From Rhodosorus marinus CCMP1338 (lineage: Eukaryota; Plantae; Rhodophyta), in assembly GCA_029953675.1 (NCBI GenBank), contig JAMWBK010000001.1, forward strand, positions 620,001 through 684,000: a stretch of DNA of 64,000 nucleotides, written 5' to 3'. Position 1 is the stretch's first letter, and every line of letters starts with the position of its first letter. The notes under the pieces were generated by a model, which was given only the letters and a program-made list of their open reading frames with translations, was not told the DNA's origin and did not search any database. Position numbers and translations under genes: made by a program. Below are positions 36,201-49,558 of this stretch, in pieces.

Positions 36201-38153
36201 AGGAACCTTAAACGGTGGATATGGAAAACAATATAAAGAGCTCCTCAATCTCAGCTGAACTAGAGTTCAATGAAGTCTAGAGACTTCATTGTCCATAGGC
36301 CGTGGCATCTCGGGACAAGGACTCCTGGAAACATTCTTCCAGTCTCCGTTACTAGGGCGCGATGGTTGATTCGCGCCAGAAAATTGATGACTTTCAGGAA
36401 TGCGGCTTCTATCTACTGTCCGTTTTTCGGCATCGTCCGCGAATGCGCAAGCGCGTCCCACGCCAAGCGCAGGACTACATCGCACAAAAGCAATAGGCAG
36501 AAGCGTGAACGGACGTACATTTAAGGCGCTTGTTGCTTTTCAAGGAGTTAAGGGATAAATAGCATCAAGCACAGGATATGGGTGCTCTAGAATGAGGAAA
36601 AGCTCAAGCACAACCGAGAGCATGATCAAACTACACAGCATAGCTAACACACAATCCTAGTCCGGTCCTTGGTTTGTCATTTGTTTTACAAAACAACGCG
36701 TACTAGAGCACGTCGGGGTTAGTTAGGTGATGAACACTCAAATGACAGCTACAGAGCCGCCAGGAAACATGAGCTCCTTAGCACCAAGTCCTAATGTCAT
36801 TGAATCCGCTGACTATAGAGTTCGTCTGCAGAAATCCCAGATTGGCTCAATCCTCTTTCTCCAGATCACACCTGGCAACATACGGAGCACGATCACACGA
36901 GTGGCTGAAGCGCTAAAGGTTACCTGGCTTCTACGGCGGCGCGATGGTATGCGCCATTCCAGGTCAAACTTGCGACCTGAGGAGGGTTCACAGAGTCGCT
37001 CGAGAAGGCGTTTTGGCCCACCGCTGGTCCTGGCCGGAACCGTCTGGCGAGGGCTAGACAGACTACGACCGTGGCTCGGTACGTAGAGCATTTCGATGAC
37101 ACGCTGGTACTCTTTCCAGGGGTGTCCGAAGCAGAAAATGATTACCGGTTCGCCTGTTGATCCTCCAATACAAGAGCGTGAAGCAAGTTCAAAACTGTAC
37201 CACTTTTCATTATGCGCTGCTATTGAGCGTCTTCCCTATTACCACAAGTATTGGGTACTTATCCTCGATCCCTCTGGTGCACAACCAACCGCCTAGATTG
37301 TGTACCACGGCTTAGGAGAGGAAAGCAATCTACCGAATGCTACCTGCATCTTGGTCCATGCAAGGAAAACAGACGAAAACTGCCCCAGCTCCATTTTTTT
37401 CATTAACCTGTGCCGGAGATCGTCTCGTTCTGGCGTCCACCAATAGTCGAAAGTATTGGATTCAGTCAGTACTGGAGACCTATCCTAATTTCGTCCTCTT
37501 CTGGAGGCACAACCGACTATCTAGGTGACTACCTAGATTGGAACTCCCTCTCAACAGGAACCCAACGCCCTCCCAAAGCTTTGCACCAAAACAAACCTCT
37601 TTTAAAAACGTCCCCTTTCGCCCAATGAAAACCACCTTTATATTTACCGTTACGTCTCCGAAAATTCAAATAATATCGAAATACAAAATATTTCGTTTGA
37701 TTAATAGTGGATTCAGTTTTTGGAAATTAAAAGATCATGGATGATCCTCTTATTTTTTATACAATTTGCTAGCTATTTAGTTTGGCGTTACGAAATGGCA
37801 TTGACCATCGTTTTTTGAGTTGTTTTTCAGGATTGTACTTCCGTTCGGGTTTTTGTGTGTGATGGTTTCGGGATTGCTGTTTCTGGAGGAGGAGGATGGG
37901 TGGAGTGGACGCCATGGACGGGGACAATATAGGGCTCAGTCTCATAAGTTGGAAACTTGTAATAGTCAAACTTACTGTTTTCTCTTTGTGGGGGTTTTAA
38001 TCGCTTCCTTGTGGGTTTTTGTCTGTGTCGATGAGATGATAGGTAGCACAGCGTTGGGCGTGGGGATGGTATTGTGAGAGGCGCTTTTGGGAGTCGGGTT
38101 CTAGAGTTTGGGGTAGGAGGCATCAGTAGGGGGCTTTCGAGGGGTGCTAAATC

Positions 38154-40440
38154 ATGGCTACCAGGCGGACAACGCTAGGTCCTGTGTCGAACTCGGCGAT
38201 GAACTCCCGGGTATCGATTGGTTGGGGTGGTGCTAAAGGTATGCAAGGTTCAACAATGAAGGGGAGGAGGGCTTCAGCGGCACCTGCTCCGCTTACAAAT
38301 TCTGGAAGGAGGTCATCGACTATGAACGGAAGCATCCGAAGGAGCTCGCAGATGGTCTCACGCACAGGCCAAGCACAGCTTACTGATCCCAGACACCTCC
38401 AGGACAAGAGTTCCATGGCTTCATCTGTTCGGAACCTCATCTGCTATCTCTCTGAGCACGGATTTGATCATGCCATATCGCCGAAGCTTCTCTCGAATCC
38501 AACTTCGAAGGACTTTCAGCATATTTTGATATTCCTCCTCCGTCAGATTGATCCTAGTTATTCCTTCCAAACGCGTCTAGAAGACGATGTACGCGCGGTT
38601 TACAAGCAGCTCGGGTATGCCACAAGATATCGACGCCTGGTCTGCAAAAATTTCCCCACATGATGCCAACCTAACTCACATTTTCTAACACGTCACCCGA
38701 TCAACTAGGTATCCATTTCCAATATCTAAATCATCTCTTCACGCAGTTGGATCTCCTCACACATGGCCAGCTCTTTTGGGAGCACTTACCTGGCTCCTTG
38801 AGTTATTAACGTACGACGAAGCGGCATCAAATAAGCAGTTGGAGAGCGAGGAACTCGATGCAGAAGCGCAAGGGAACAGAATCTTCTTCGACTACCTGGA
38901 AAGGACTTACGATTCGTTTCTAGGAGGTAGGCATCGGCTCAGTGTGGTTTTGTCCTGTTCATTCAGAGTGACTGAAAAGCTGTTTCTTGTGATGACTTAT
39001 CTGAATTCGTAGGCGATGACAACTTCGAAGAACTAGATCAAGAGCTTGCTGAATCGTTCGAAGTAAAGAATCAACTTGTCCGAGAGGAGATTGAGAGTTT
39101 TGAAGAGGAAAATGCCAGACTGGAGGAACAGGTTGCTAAGATAAGAGTTTCCGAGTCACCCCTAGTTGCACTGAGGGCGAGGGAGAAGGATCTTGAGGCG
39201 AACCTAGACAAGTTCAGGAAGCTTATTGAAGAACTGGAAAATTATCGGATGAAGACAACAGCAAGAGTCCAGGAGAAGAAGGAAGAGGTTCTTTCTCGGG
39301 AGAAAGATCTCACTCAGAACGATGCGGATATTGAAAAGCTGAAGGTCACTATCGCCCAGCAGGTGAGTTTTTCTCAACGCTCGTCTGCGTAGTCGACAGA
39401 AAAAGCTGGAACGATGATACGGAGACAGCAAGGACCAACCGCTTTCGGTTTGTTTCCTCAACCCAAACCAACAACAGGAAAGTGACGCAGTTGATGTGCA
39501 GAGAATCGAGCGAGACAGATCTGCTCTTAGGTCTGCTACGGACAGACTTGGTGAGCAAAGGGGCCAGGTTGAAAGTGCACAACTGGAGGCAGAAAATACG
39601 GTGGTAAACTGGACGCAGCGGGTCGAGTCCTCGCTCTCACAGTATCGTGAGCTCGCCGACAAGCTGAAAATTGTCCCAGCAACAGCAGAGAATGCGAATG
39701 GAGTTACCTTTACTGCAAACTTAACGAGAAACGCTTCCGCTGTTCGTCCGGAGGATCTCCTGTCAGGTAAGACGCATACAGTCAGAACAGTTTGGGACAG
39801 AACGCATCTGCAAACGAGGCTCAGCCTGAAACCTCTTCATTTTCACGTTCACAGTTGATATGAAAAACGTCGTCAGGCCAGCTCTGCTAGAGTTAAAAGA
39901 GGCATTCATCAAGAGCATATTTGAAACACAGGAAGAGGCGCTTGCACTTCAGGACAAGATTGATGTGCTAGAGGAGAAAGTGATGGTCAACAAGGACGAG
40001 TCGCAGCTACTAGAGACTCGGTAAGCTTTGCGTGCTAAGATATCAAATTTCTGAGCTAGAGGCTTTGGAGCTCATCGCTTTTGCCTTTTTGTCCGCTTTG
40101 CTGCTTACCCAGGCTTGGCAAACTTGAAGGACAATACAAATCGGAGAAGGAAGTCCTCGCTGAGCTTCTCAAGTCCAGCGCAGAAGAGTCGATGCGCGTG
40201 GAGGAAGATATTGGAAGCATCAAGCGCAATTATGAGGAGCAGCTGCGTTCGAGCCAGAGACGTGTTGCCAGCGCCACATCAGATCTTCGCGACTTTCGCG
40301 AGCACTTGACTCAACTGCGAGCTGAAGCAGCGTCAAACCTACTGAACGCGATCGACAAGCTTACTAATCACAAGGCTCACATACAGCAAAGTCTGGCCGC
40401 TCTCAAGGCTCACTTTGAACAGACTTCTGCGAGTCTCTAG
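38154..40440 (+). CDS. NDC80: Kinetochore protein NDC80/HEC1 (6 exons)
   Basis: Unstructured basic N-terminal tail, CH domain (DPRHLQDK...PTSKDFQHILIFL...KQLG|YPFPISKSSLHAVGSPHTWPALLGALTWL) and a long coiled coil. Five GT-AG introns all restore frame. Confidence 0.95.
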
Positions 40441-42160
40441 ACGGGATTGAAAACCCAATATTATGAAACTTTTTGTCATTGTTTATAGCCCAGGGAAGAA
40501 TCGAGACTCAAAAGAGCTCTTTTCCTAGATACGGAATCTTGGTTCTCGTAATAAACCGCAACATTGTATCTTTAAGAAGTCGTGGGATAGTGCAGTAGAC
40601 AACGGGGACTATCGTAATCCTAGGCTAGGAACCAACGTTCCGCCAGCTCGAACACTATGGGACAAGCTTGACGCCTTCTGCGACGGTCCATATAGGGAAA
40701 CCAACCACGGTGTTGTCGTAATGGCGACATAATGTATGTCCTTACGGTTTCTAGTGCTTAAGCGAATACGTAGTTTGAAGAAAATATGCTGGAACAACTC
40801 CTTAAGCCCCCTCTAGTGGTCCAACATTCGGAGCTGCAAGCCCGATATTCTCGTTCTTGACATTCATACATTTTACAATAAATTTCATCTTGGCATCTAA
40901 ATAATACAAACAAACAAACAAGGTATCCTCCTTTCTTCCACATCAATTGGCTAAACGCAACTGCAAAGAACATAGAAATAATAATAGTTTTAGATGACTC
41001 CATCTAATACTTAATTCTCATCCCAAAAAGATTTTATCCTGAAATTAGATATAAAATAGACGGTAATGATCATCTATTGGTTTAACAATATATATTTCGA
41101 CTGAAAAGATCTATTTATATCAATATTACGATTTTAGTTGTTGGTCCACTGGGGAGGGTTTTGGTGGCGAATCGGGAGATAGCCGATCCACGCGGATCGG
41201 TTTGCGAAAGACTTTGATACACGCCTCTTGGCCTCTTGGATATTTTTGATTTCGATAGCATGCTAGGAAGTGCGGACCATTCGCTCGTCTGCCTCTGGAC
41301 CGAAAAGCAACCTAATCTAAAAAGATGAAGATCTCTTCAGTAAAAGAAAGACGGTCGCACAAAGCCCCTTTCGAGATCGCGGCTCGCGGAGTCAGAATTT
41401 TTGAACACCCTACGGACCGGATGGCATCGTTTGGACTTTTGCACCAGATGAACGATTTGATTCAGTCATACCTTTCAAAGTATTGGACGTTGGCGTTCTT
41501 ACCCTGGGATCGAAAAAGGCCTGATTAAGATAAGGTCCTGCCAGAAAAAATTCACATGATGAGTTTTTTTGGAAGGTCCTGAGGACTTCATCGGCCGCAT
41601 TGAACAGTTGTTCCCCTGTTTCTTATGTTAGTTACGCTGGCAATAATGAACAGTTGACCAGCTCATGAGGATCGAACAGCTGCGTTTTGTTACTAGACTG
41701 AGGGAATGACCTGATTCTCGATGCTCGTTGGAAAGGATTGGATCTACATGAGAAGATCATCGTAATTAGAGACGTTTTTTTTGTTCGTGTGGAAGACCGG
41801 TCGTTTCCTTGTTGGGAGGTCGTTGCCGTTGATGCCCTCTGGTTTGTGTGTGTCTTCCGGGTGCCCGGTTTAAGTCGGAATCATCATCTTGAGAAGGTCA
41901 GAAAATCACCGACACCTCTTCACTGTCGCTGTATTGAAATTGAACGGTTCTTCTGTGCGCTTGCTCCAATCTTGTGGATGAAGGCTACTGGGGTTTCATT
42001 TGATTGTGGAGAGCATTGCCTTTAGGCAGGTGATGTTTTAGATCTGCTGCATTTACACTTGGTGTGGTTAGAAGGTTGCTGCGAGATTTTCTTCCTAGAC
42101 TAGGACCTTTGCAAGTCCGTACGAGTTCTAGCTTCGTGCTCGATCGGATCGATGTCAACG

Positions 42161-44619
42161 ATGAAGTTTTATGGATTGGCGCTGCTCTTTGCTATACTGC
42201 TGGGGCTACAGATCGATCCTGTAAGTATCCAAACAGCCTTGTGCGTCAAGTAGTTTTGAGCATATGGGCTGATTGCAGTGGCTTTATTAATCATCGGTGG
42301 CCGCAGGTATTCGGCGCTCAGGTCCCACGGGCGGGTGATTTTGAGGCCAGATTTCTTGAAGCAGAAGAAAGCCAATTGCAGAAGGTCCAGAGCGAGGTGA
42401 ATCTCGCGGAGTGGAACTATGAGACTGACATCAACGACGTCAGCTTGGAAAAATCATTGACTGCAGCCGCAGATGCGTCGGTGGTTGAATCCAAGCTTGC
42501 AGATGCAGCAAGGTCGCTTCTCAAGCAAGAAGATAGCCAGTCATACCTATCCAAAGCTGGTCATGAGGACACGGAGCATCGGCGACTCCAAAAACTGTCC
42601 CAGATGAACGCGGGTTCTCCTGCAGATGCCCGAGTCCGCCGTCGTCTTCAAGAGATCATTTCCGAGATGTCTGCGATCTACTCCACCTCCACCGATCCAA
42701 AAGGAAGAGTCCTGGGTAGGCCTTTTCACCCTTTTCCTGGAATCGAATAACCCGCTTTCGAACAGCACGATACGATGAGCGCTGCGGGCCGAAGTCACAG
42801 CAGCCTTCGCCGTTTTTTTACGCATCGCTGCAAAGACAAGAGGACTGGAAACTAAATCTGAGAAAAATTCGCTCTTGCATGTTTCTAAACACCTAACAAA
42901 AATGCTGCCATATAGACCCAGACCTGAACGAGATCATGGAACAATCTCGAAGTGAACACGAGCTGCGAACCGCCTGGACACAGTGGAGAGATGCCGTAGG
43001 ACCAAGAACCAGGGAACTTTTCCAAGAGTACATCAAACTCTCAAACATCGGAGCAAAAGACACTGGTTTCCAGGATAAAGGCGATGTCTGGAGATCTGGG
43101 TATGGAACGATCTGTCGCAAAGTACTAACTCGAAATGGCCCCAGACCAATCTCATAGATTCGAAGGACTACGAGACATCACGTCCGCTGGTTGTTCTTCT
43201 CCACTGCCTTGACTTACCAAGAGCATATTTGTGGACAGGTATGACATGACTGGAGAAGCGTTCGAGAAGATGGTAGGTGATTCCTGGGATGAGCTGAAGG
43301 AGCTGTACGAGGATCTACACTGTTTTGTTCGCTCCAAGCTGATAGATTTCTACGGAGAGGAAAAAGCCGTTGATTCCCACGGTCGGATCTATGCGCACTT
43401 GCTGGGCAACATGTGGGCTCAGAGTTGGGATACACTGTACGACCTTCTGCAACCGTTCCCCAATAGGAAGGCGCTTAGCATAACTAAGACCCTACGTCGG
43501 AAAGGCTACAGCCCGAAGCAGATGATTAAAACTGCGGAAAAGTTCTACCTGAGCCTGGGCTTTTCTGAGCTGCCATCGGGTTTCTGGGCCGAGTCGATGT
43601 TCACAAAACCCAAGGATCGATCGGTTGTGTGCCATCCAAGCGCTTGGGACCTTGATGGAGGATATGACGTTCGCCTAAAGATGTGCATGAAAGTGAATCA
43701 AGAGGACTTTATGACCGTCCACCACGAACTCGGGCATATCTACTACTACATGACGTACCGTGACCTACCGGCCATCTTCAGAGATGGTGCGAATGATGGC
43801 TTCCATGAGGCGATCGGTGATACGATCAACCTCAGCTCCTTTACCGACAGCTACCTCGAACATCTCAAGCTTGCTCCCAGAAACGCTAAAGTTGATGAAC
43901 AAGAGAAGTACGAAGAGGGTATCAATTACCTCATGAGCGTCGCGCTTGGCAAGATCAGTTTCCTGCCGTATGGATACTTGATCGATCTTTGGAGATGGGA
44001 TGCTTTTTCAGAGTCTGTTCCTTTCGACGACCTGAACGAGCGATATTGGCAGCTTAGGAACGACTTACAGGGAGTGGCTGCGCGCGTCCCACGAGCTTCT
44101 AGTAAGGACTTTGATCCCGTCGCGAAGTTTCATGTAGCAGCGGATGTGCCTTACATGAGATACTTCTTGGCATCGCTCTATCAGTTCCAATTCCACGACG
44201 CGATGTGTCGTCTGTCTGGATTTAACGGGCCATTGCACGAGTGCTCCGTTTTCGATTCGAAGGCGGCTGGAAGCAGGTTCCGTGAGATGTTGTCGAAGGG
44301 ATCGTCCCAGCCGTGGCAACAAACAATTGCGATCCTCACGGGGAACTCGACTCTGAGCGCACAGCCAATGCTGGACTACTTCACACCTCTTCAAGCGTGG
44401 CTGAAGGAACAAAACAAAGGGAGCACTTGTGGCTGGAGTACTCCTCTGGCCCACTTTTCTGAGAAGGCGGTGCCTGCTCCGGTTAAGCAGTCCAGGGAAA
44501 GTTCAGTCTCCCTCTTTTCAGGGATCGGGTATGGAATCCTTTTTGTTGGAATCGTAGTCGCCTTCGCTACGACAAAGAGGAGAAAAGGGTATAGGACGAT
44601 CAGCAAGCGATCTCAGTGA
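42161..44619 (+). CDS. ACE: Peptidase family M2 (angiotensin-converting enzyme / peptidyl-dipeptidase A-like), single domain, type I membrane protein (4 exons)
   Basis: Signal peptide MKFYGLALLFAILLGLQ; exons 42161-42220, 42307-42715, 42916-43099, 43239-44619. Motifs AEWNYETDI, AWTQWRDAVG, AHLLGNMWAQSW, VVCHPSAWD, HHELGH (zinc), RDGANDGFHEAIGD, FHVAADVPYMRYF, YFTPLQAWLKEQN; C-terminal hydrophobic segment GIGYGILFVGIVVAFA followed by a basic tail. Confidence 0.95.
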
Positions 44620-44852
44620 AAGTCGATCGCGAGTTACGGGTACTCCGTTTTAGCAGCCTTTTCATCAACATAGTTTTATTCTTATTCAGTCTTCGCATAC
44701 GATTCTATTCATAAAACTACAATGAGTAGCTTGCCCGTTGATATGTGCATCTACAAACGCCCTTCTGGCTGACCAAACAAGGGTAGGTGACGATCCAAAT
44801 AGAGGTAGGACGAATCCAACTCATAACTCGCCCTCACCTCGCAGCTTTACAT

Positions 44853-47800
44853 TTAGTCCCCGTCAATCGCGGCTTCGGAAACGTCACTTTCATCTCCCAT
44901 TCCAGCCGATGGGAGTTCCTCGGACGCGAGCTCTGGGTTAACCAACTCCACACTGTCCTCTGTGTCCTCCTGAATTCGTTTGTTGATCAGATCCACTCCA
45001 ATCACTTCGCTGTCCTCCTTAAGCTTTTGGAGCTTCACTCCGCGTGCAAACCTGCCTTTGTAGAAGGGAACTACGGATGCTTCAACTCGGACCACCGCCC
45101 CAGTTGTTGTAATCAACATGAACTGATCGTCCGGTTCTAAATCACAAACCATACAAGAACGGCTCACTTAGTTAGCAATGGGATTCCCACTTCGCAAAAG
45201 TCGCTTTTCGAGGTCTGCCGTACCGCATGGTTTAACAGCAACAACAGTCTCATTCTCGCTCCTGAGTTTCGCGTATCTATTCCCCTTACCCCCTCGACGT
45301 TGTTCCGTCAGGTCTCGACAACGGAAGCGCTTGCCGAGCCCTGATGAAAGCACGCATAGCACGTAGTCCCCTTCAGAGTCCTTCTCGTTCACCACCACAT
45401 CGATAATTTCATCGTCGTCCTGGAGCCTCATTCTAATCATTTCGTCGAATGCCGTAACAACAAGTGAGCTAACCAATACTGAAGTTCAAGCGTGAGGCAT
45501 TATCTATCTTTGTGCTCACCCAATGACTCCTTCAGTTCGCCTTCCGAGCTGGGCTCTAATCATGTCATCTCTGAGGCTCGCCCGTAGAGCGAGGCCCTTT
45601 CTTGAGCCTGTTTCGATCGCGCAGAAAACGTTAAAACGTCAGCGCAAGTTTACCAAGGGCAATAAAATAACAAAAAAAATGCTGATTCGGAAGTTCGAAA
45701 ACCTACAAAGTAAAATGTCGTCTGTCTCTTTGCTCCTCTTTGCTGTTTTCACTTCGTCCCCGCGCTTCAGGGCCATGACCACCGACCCAGTACTCGAGAT
45801 CTAACAGTAAAAGCAGCCGTGAACACAGTTATATGAGATGCGGCGTACGAAGGGAATGAGGTTTCGTCTAATCTGCGGTGTGGAGTTCTTGCTCTTTTGA
45901 AGAGAGTCAAATCTGCGTACCTTTGAGAGAATCGATAATTTGATCTTCTTCAAGCGACCTCGCTTCGTAACAATCACAAGATACTCGTCCTCTTTAAACT
46001 CATGAACCATCAGTACCTCAGCAACTTTCGACGTCTAGAGATGTCCAAGCACGGATTTTTTTCAGAGTGAGGCAGGCTTTGACGCATCGAACAGGAAATT
46101 GGAGTTGTACAGTTGAACTAACCATGTGCGGAAAGAGTTTCGAGATCAACGTTCCTCGAGAATTGCGGGGACTGACAGGTATCTTGTACGCTGGAAGCCT
46201 GTAAACTATTCCTATCTTCGTGATTACAATCACCATATCATGGTCTCTACAGGTGAAAAAGTGCGATACCCCATCGTCCTCCCTAAGGTTTCCGATTCCG
46301 CTCGACCCAGTTCCTCCTCGATTCTGGACGTTGAAATTGCTGATGGGCATCCTCTTCATGTATCCTTTCTCAGTGATCACAATCACTGATCTGTAACGCG
46401 TTTCAAGGTATACCAAATGAGTTAGCACCCCAGTCAGACGCTGGAACAGCAGTCCTCTGAGGGTAGGGCTAAACACCTTCCGTTGGGAATCAGCTTCAAT
46501 TCATCTTCGTATTCAGGGGAGTCCGCAACTATTTCAGTCTTCCGTGCAGCTTTCTTTCCAGTAGACTTTAACACCTCCGCGAACTCAGCTTTCATAATCC
46601 TGCAAACCTTTTCATCGCTGACGAGAGTTTCCCTTAGGTCTGCTATCGATGCTTCTAGCTTTTCGTGCTCGACGCTGAGCGTCGATGTTTCCATTTTCGT
46701 AATCCTCCTCAATGGTAGGTTTAGCACCGCGTCTGCTTGCTCCTGTTAAACACAAGAAAGGCGGCGGTACAGGACGAGGGCAGCCGCGTGAGGCTCTTAC
46801 CCTCACGTATTTTCGCGCACTACGTTTCGTGAGGCTAGAGAAAACTCACCGCGCTTAGGCCGTATGATCCGACCGGGTTCATTAGCTGCGCTTTGGCGTC
46901 CTTAACCTCTTCGCTGTTCCGGATGATGCGAATCGCATTATCGACGTCTTTCAACACTTGAAGATATCCTTGAACAATGTGATCTCGCGCCTCAGCCCTA
47001 TCCATTTCAAATTTCGCCCTGTCGCAAGAAGTGAACATAAACACAATTAGCTCGAGAGCAATTCTTTTAGCGGTACTTCCTTGCAGCAATTGCAAAACCA
47101 TACCTCTTCAGGATGATTTGCTTTCGAAATTCAATGAACTTTTCTAGGCACTCCCTAACATTGTAAAGTTTGGGCAGTTTTCCACCATCCAGTGCCACGA
47201 TCTGGCCTGAGAATGAAGTCTGCAATGCGCTCTTCTTCAAAAGATTGTTCCGTACCACTTCCGAGTGTGCAGCTTTTGTTACTTCTACCACGATTCTCGT
47301 GCCGGATCTATCCGATTCATCGCGAAGATCTGCAACGCCTTCTAATTGTTTCGAATTAACAAGTTCCGCGATGCTCTTCACAAGCGTAGACTTGTTCAGC
47401 TGGTAAGGAATCTCGGTCACGATAATAGCCTCTCTCGTCCTACCACCCTTCAATTTCACGAGCTCAAAGTGCGTCTTCGCTCGCATAATGATTTTGCCCT
47501 TACCGGTCATGAATAGATCCCGTGCACCTGACAAACCAACAATCTGTCCCCCGGTTGGAAAGTCCGGAGCTGGGACGATCTCTGCCAGCTCCTCAGTGGA
47601 GCAATCAGGGTTATCCAAGAGACAAGTTAGAGCTTCTAAAGTCTCCACAAGGTTAAACGGGGGAATTTTCGTCGCGACTCCCACAGCAATGCCCTGACTC
47701 CCAGAAACGAGGAGATTTGGAATTCGCGTGGGCATAACGTTCGGTTCCTGCTCCATCGAGTCAAAGTTTGGAGAAAAATCCACTGTTCCGTATTCGATGT

Positions 47801-48562
47801 CTCGCAGTAGCGCTTGAGTACTCAGCTTTGACAATCTGCAGTGACACAAACGGGAAGCGAAAGAATCCGACAAGCTTAGAAAAGACCGCTCGCTGTAGGC
47901 AACAGTGAATGAGTACAGGCTAGATGAAAATCGAAAAAGTGTGAGCTCCGGTTGAAGCCATGAGAGTCACAAACCGCACTCCACAAGATCATCAGAGTCA
48001 GACAACCCACATTACGAGATACGTACCTGCACTCTGTATATCGCATGGCCGCTGGGGAGTCTCCGTCTATGCTCCCAAAATTTCCGTGACCATCGATCAG
48101 CGGGATGCTGGAGGAGAACGGTTGGGCCATACGCACAAGTGCATCGTAAACGGAGGATTCCCCATGGGGGTGGTACTTGCCAAGCACCTCACCGACAACA
48201 CGAGCGCTCTTTCTGTACGGAGAATCTGATCCGACCTTCATCTGGTGCATGGCATACAGGATCCTTCGGTGAACTGGCTTCAATCCATCTCGAATATCCG
48301 GCAAAGCCCTACCCAGGATGACGCTCATAGCATACGCCATATAGGACTTTGACATTTCCTCCGCGAGATCTGCTTTTTCAATTGCACCATACTCCGTTTG
48401 GTCGATTTGCGGCGCCTCTTTCGTCCGATCCCCACCTGAATCATCTCCTAGCACTGCTGACGTAGCGCACAAGCGCCTCCGAGAATACCTTACATCAGTA
48501 GCCGCCCTCGGAAGTCCCTTGCCCAACACAGTCCCAGTAACACCAACAAACGACAGCTCCAT
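44853..48562 (-). CDS. gyrA: DNA gyrase subunit A, organelle-targeted (10 exons)
   Basis: [38 protein letters not shown], catalytic [40 protein letters not shown], GyrA-box QNRGGTG and CTD blades. N-terminal extension MELSFVGV...RRRLCA resembles a transit peptide. Nine GT-AG introns restore frame. Confidence 0.97.
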
Positions 48563-49558
48563 CTTGAAAATTTCCCGCACAAGTCCAAATGCCTGCGTCC
48601 TTGTCAGAGACATGTATACTCAGCCTTCACCATTCCGCACGGCTCTCCCTTTTACCGGGGAGGAAATTAAAAGCTATCCAGCAAAACTCGATACTTTAAC
48701 CACCTGTATTCCTGATACTCTCCAGTCCTACCACCTCTCAAAAACCACCTGAAAAGATACCTCAACCTCCTCCTCCCTATCTCCTCCCCCTCCCCAGTGC
48801 ATCACTCAGATTGCAATCCGCAAAACACATCTCAACCGATTGAAAAACCAAGAAAAGACCCGCCGTCCGAAAACATTTGAAAACGAGGTCATTTTCTCGG
48901 CCCAATTTCAGCGGAGAATGGTACTAAATCGTCCACCAGAAAACATATGAAATTGAGGTCATCTTCATGACCAAAATTTTCACGGGCGAATGATACTGCG
49001 AAACCTGGCAGATGTATTTACTCTAATTGAGAACGTTGTTAAAAAATACAGGCCAAGCCTAATATGGCCAATATGGGCATTGGGCCATCCCAATGACCAA
49101 AAAAGCACAAAAAGGGACGAAAAATCGTCGCAACTGATCGGGGCCAATGTTACCATCGAAAAAGGCAAGTCAAAAAAAGTGATTGAGGACGACATATTTA
49201 TTTATTGAAAATATCCCAACGGCGATGGACGTGGAGAGTTTTCTGTCAAGACGTGATACACATTGGCTTTTGGCACAACGTATCGATTGCTTTTCAGGAG
49301 ACTGGGTCGAGAAGACGTGGTAGATCATTCCAGATAAAGAGGACAACCGTATTTCCGGTCTGCGTTTTTGTCTGTGCGCTAGTTGGTTGTATTGTTTAAA
49401 TCTCCTTTCTTGTCGCCTCATATCCAGCACTGAATTTTAAAGGTTTTTGTAAACTACTCTACCCACCAGAACGAGCCTCGCTCACGGACATATTGACTGC
49501 ATTCGAACGTATATATATATGTATAAATCAAGCAACTAAGAGTGCCAGTGACGGTAAC

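Noticed and set aside
40570-40870. Minus-strand IGLAAPNVG resembling peptide deformylase motif 1
   Set aside because: EGCLS and QHExDH are missing and the frame has multiple stops.
42716-42915. Possible box C/D snoRNA in the 200-nt ACE intron (ACGATGA...CTGA)
   Set aside because: Imperfect C box and no terminal stem or recognisable guide.
45280-45310. Second QRRGGKG GyrA-box-like motif in the gyrA CTD
   Set aside because: Repeated box-like motifs in CTD blades are known in GyrA proteins; not unusual.
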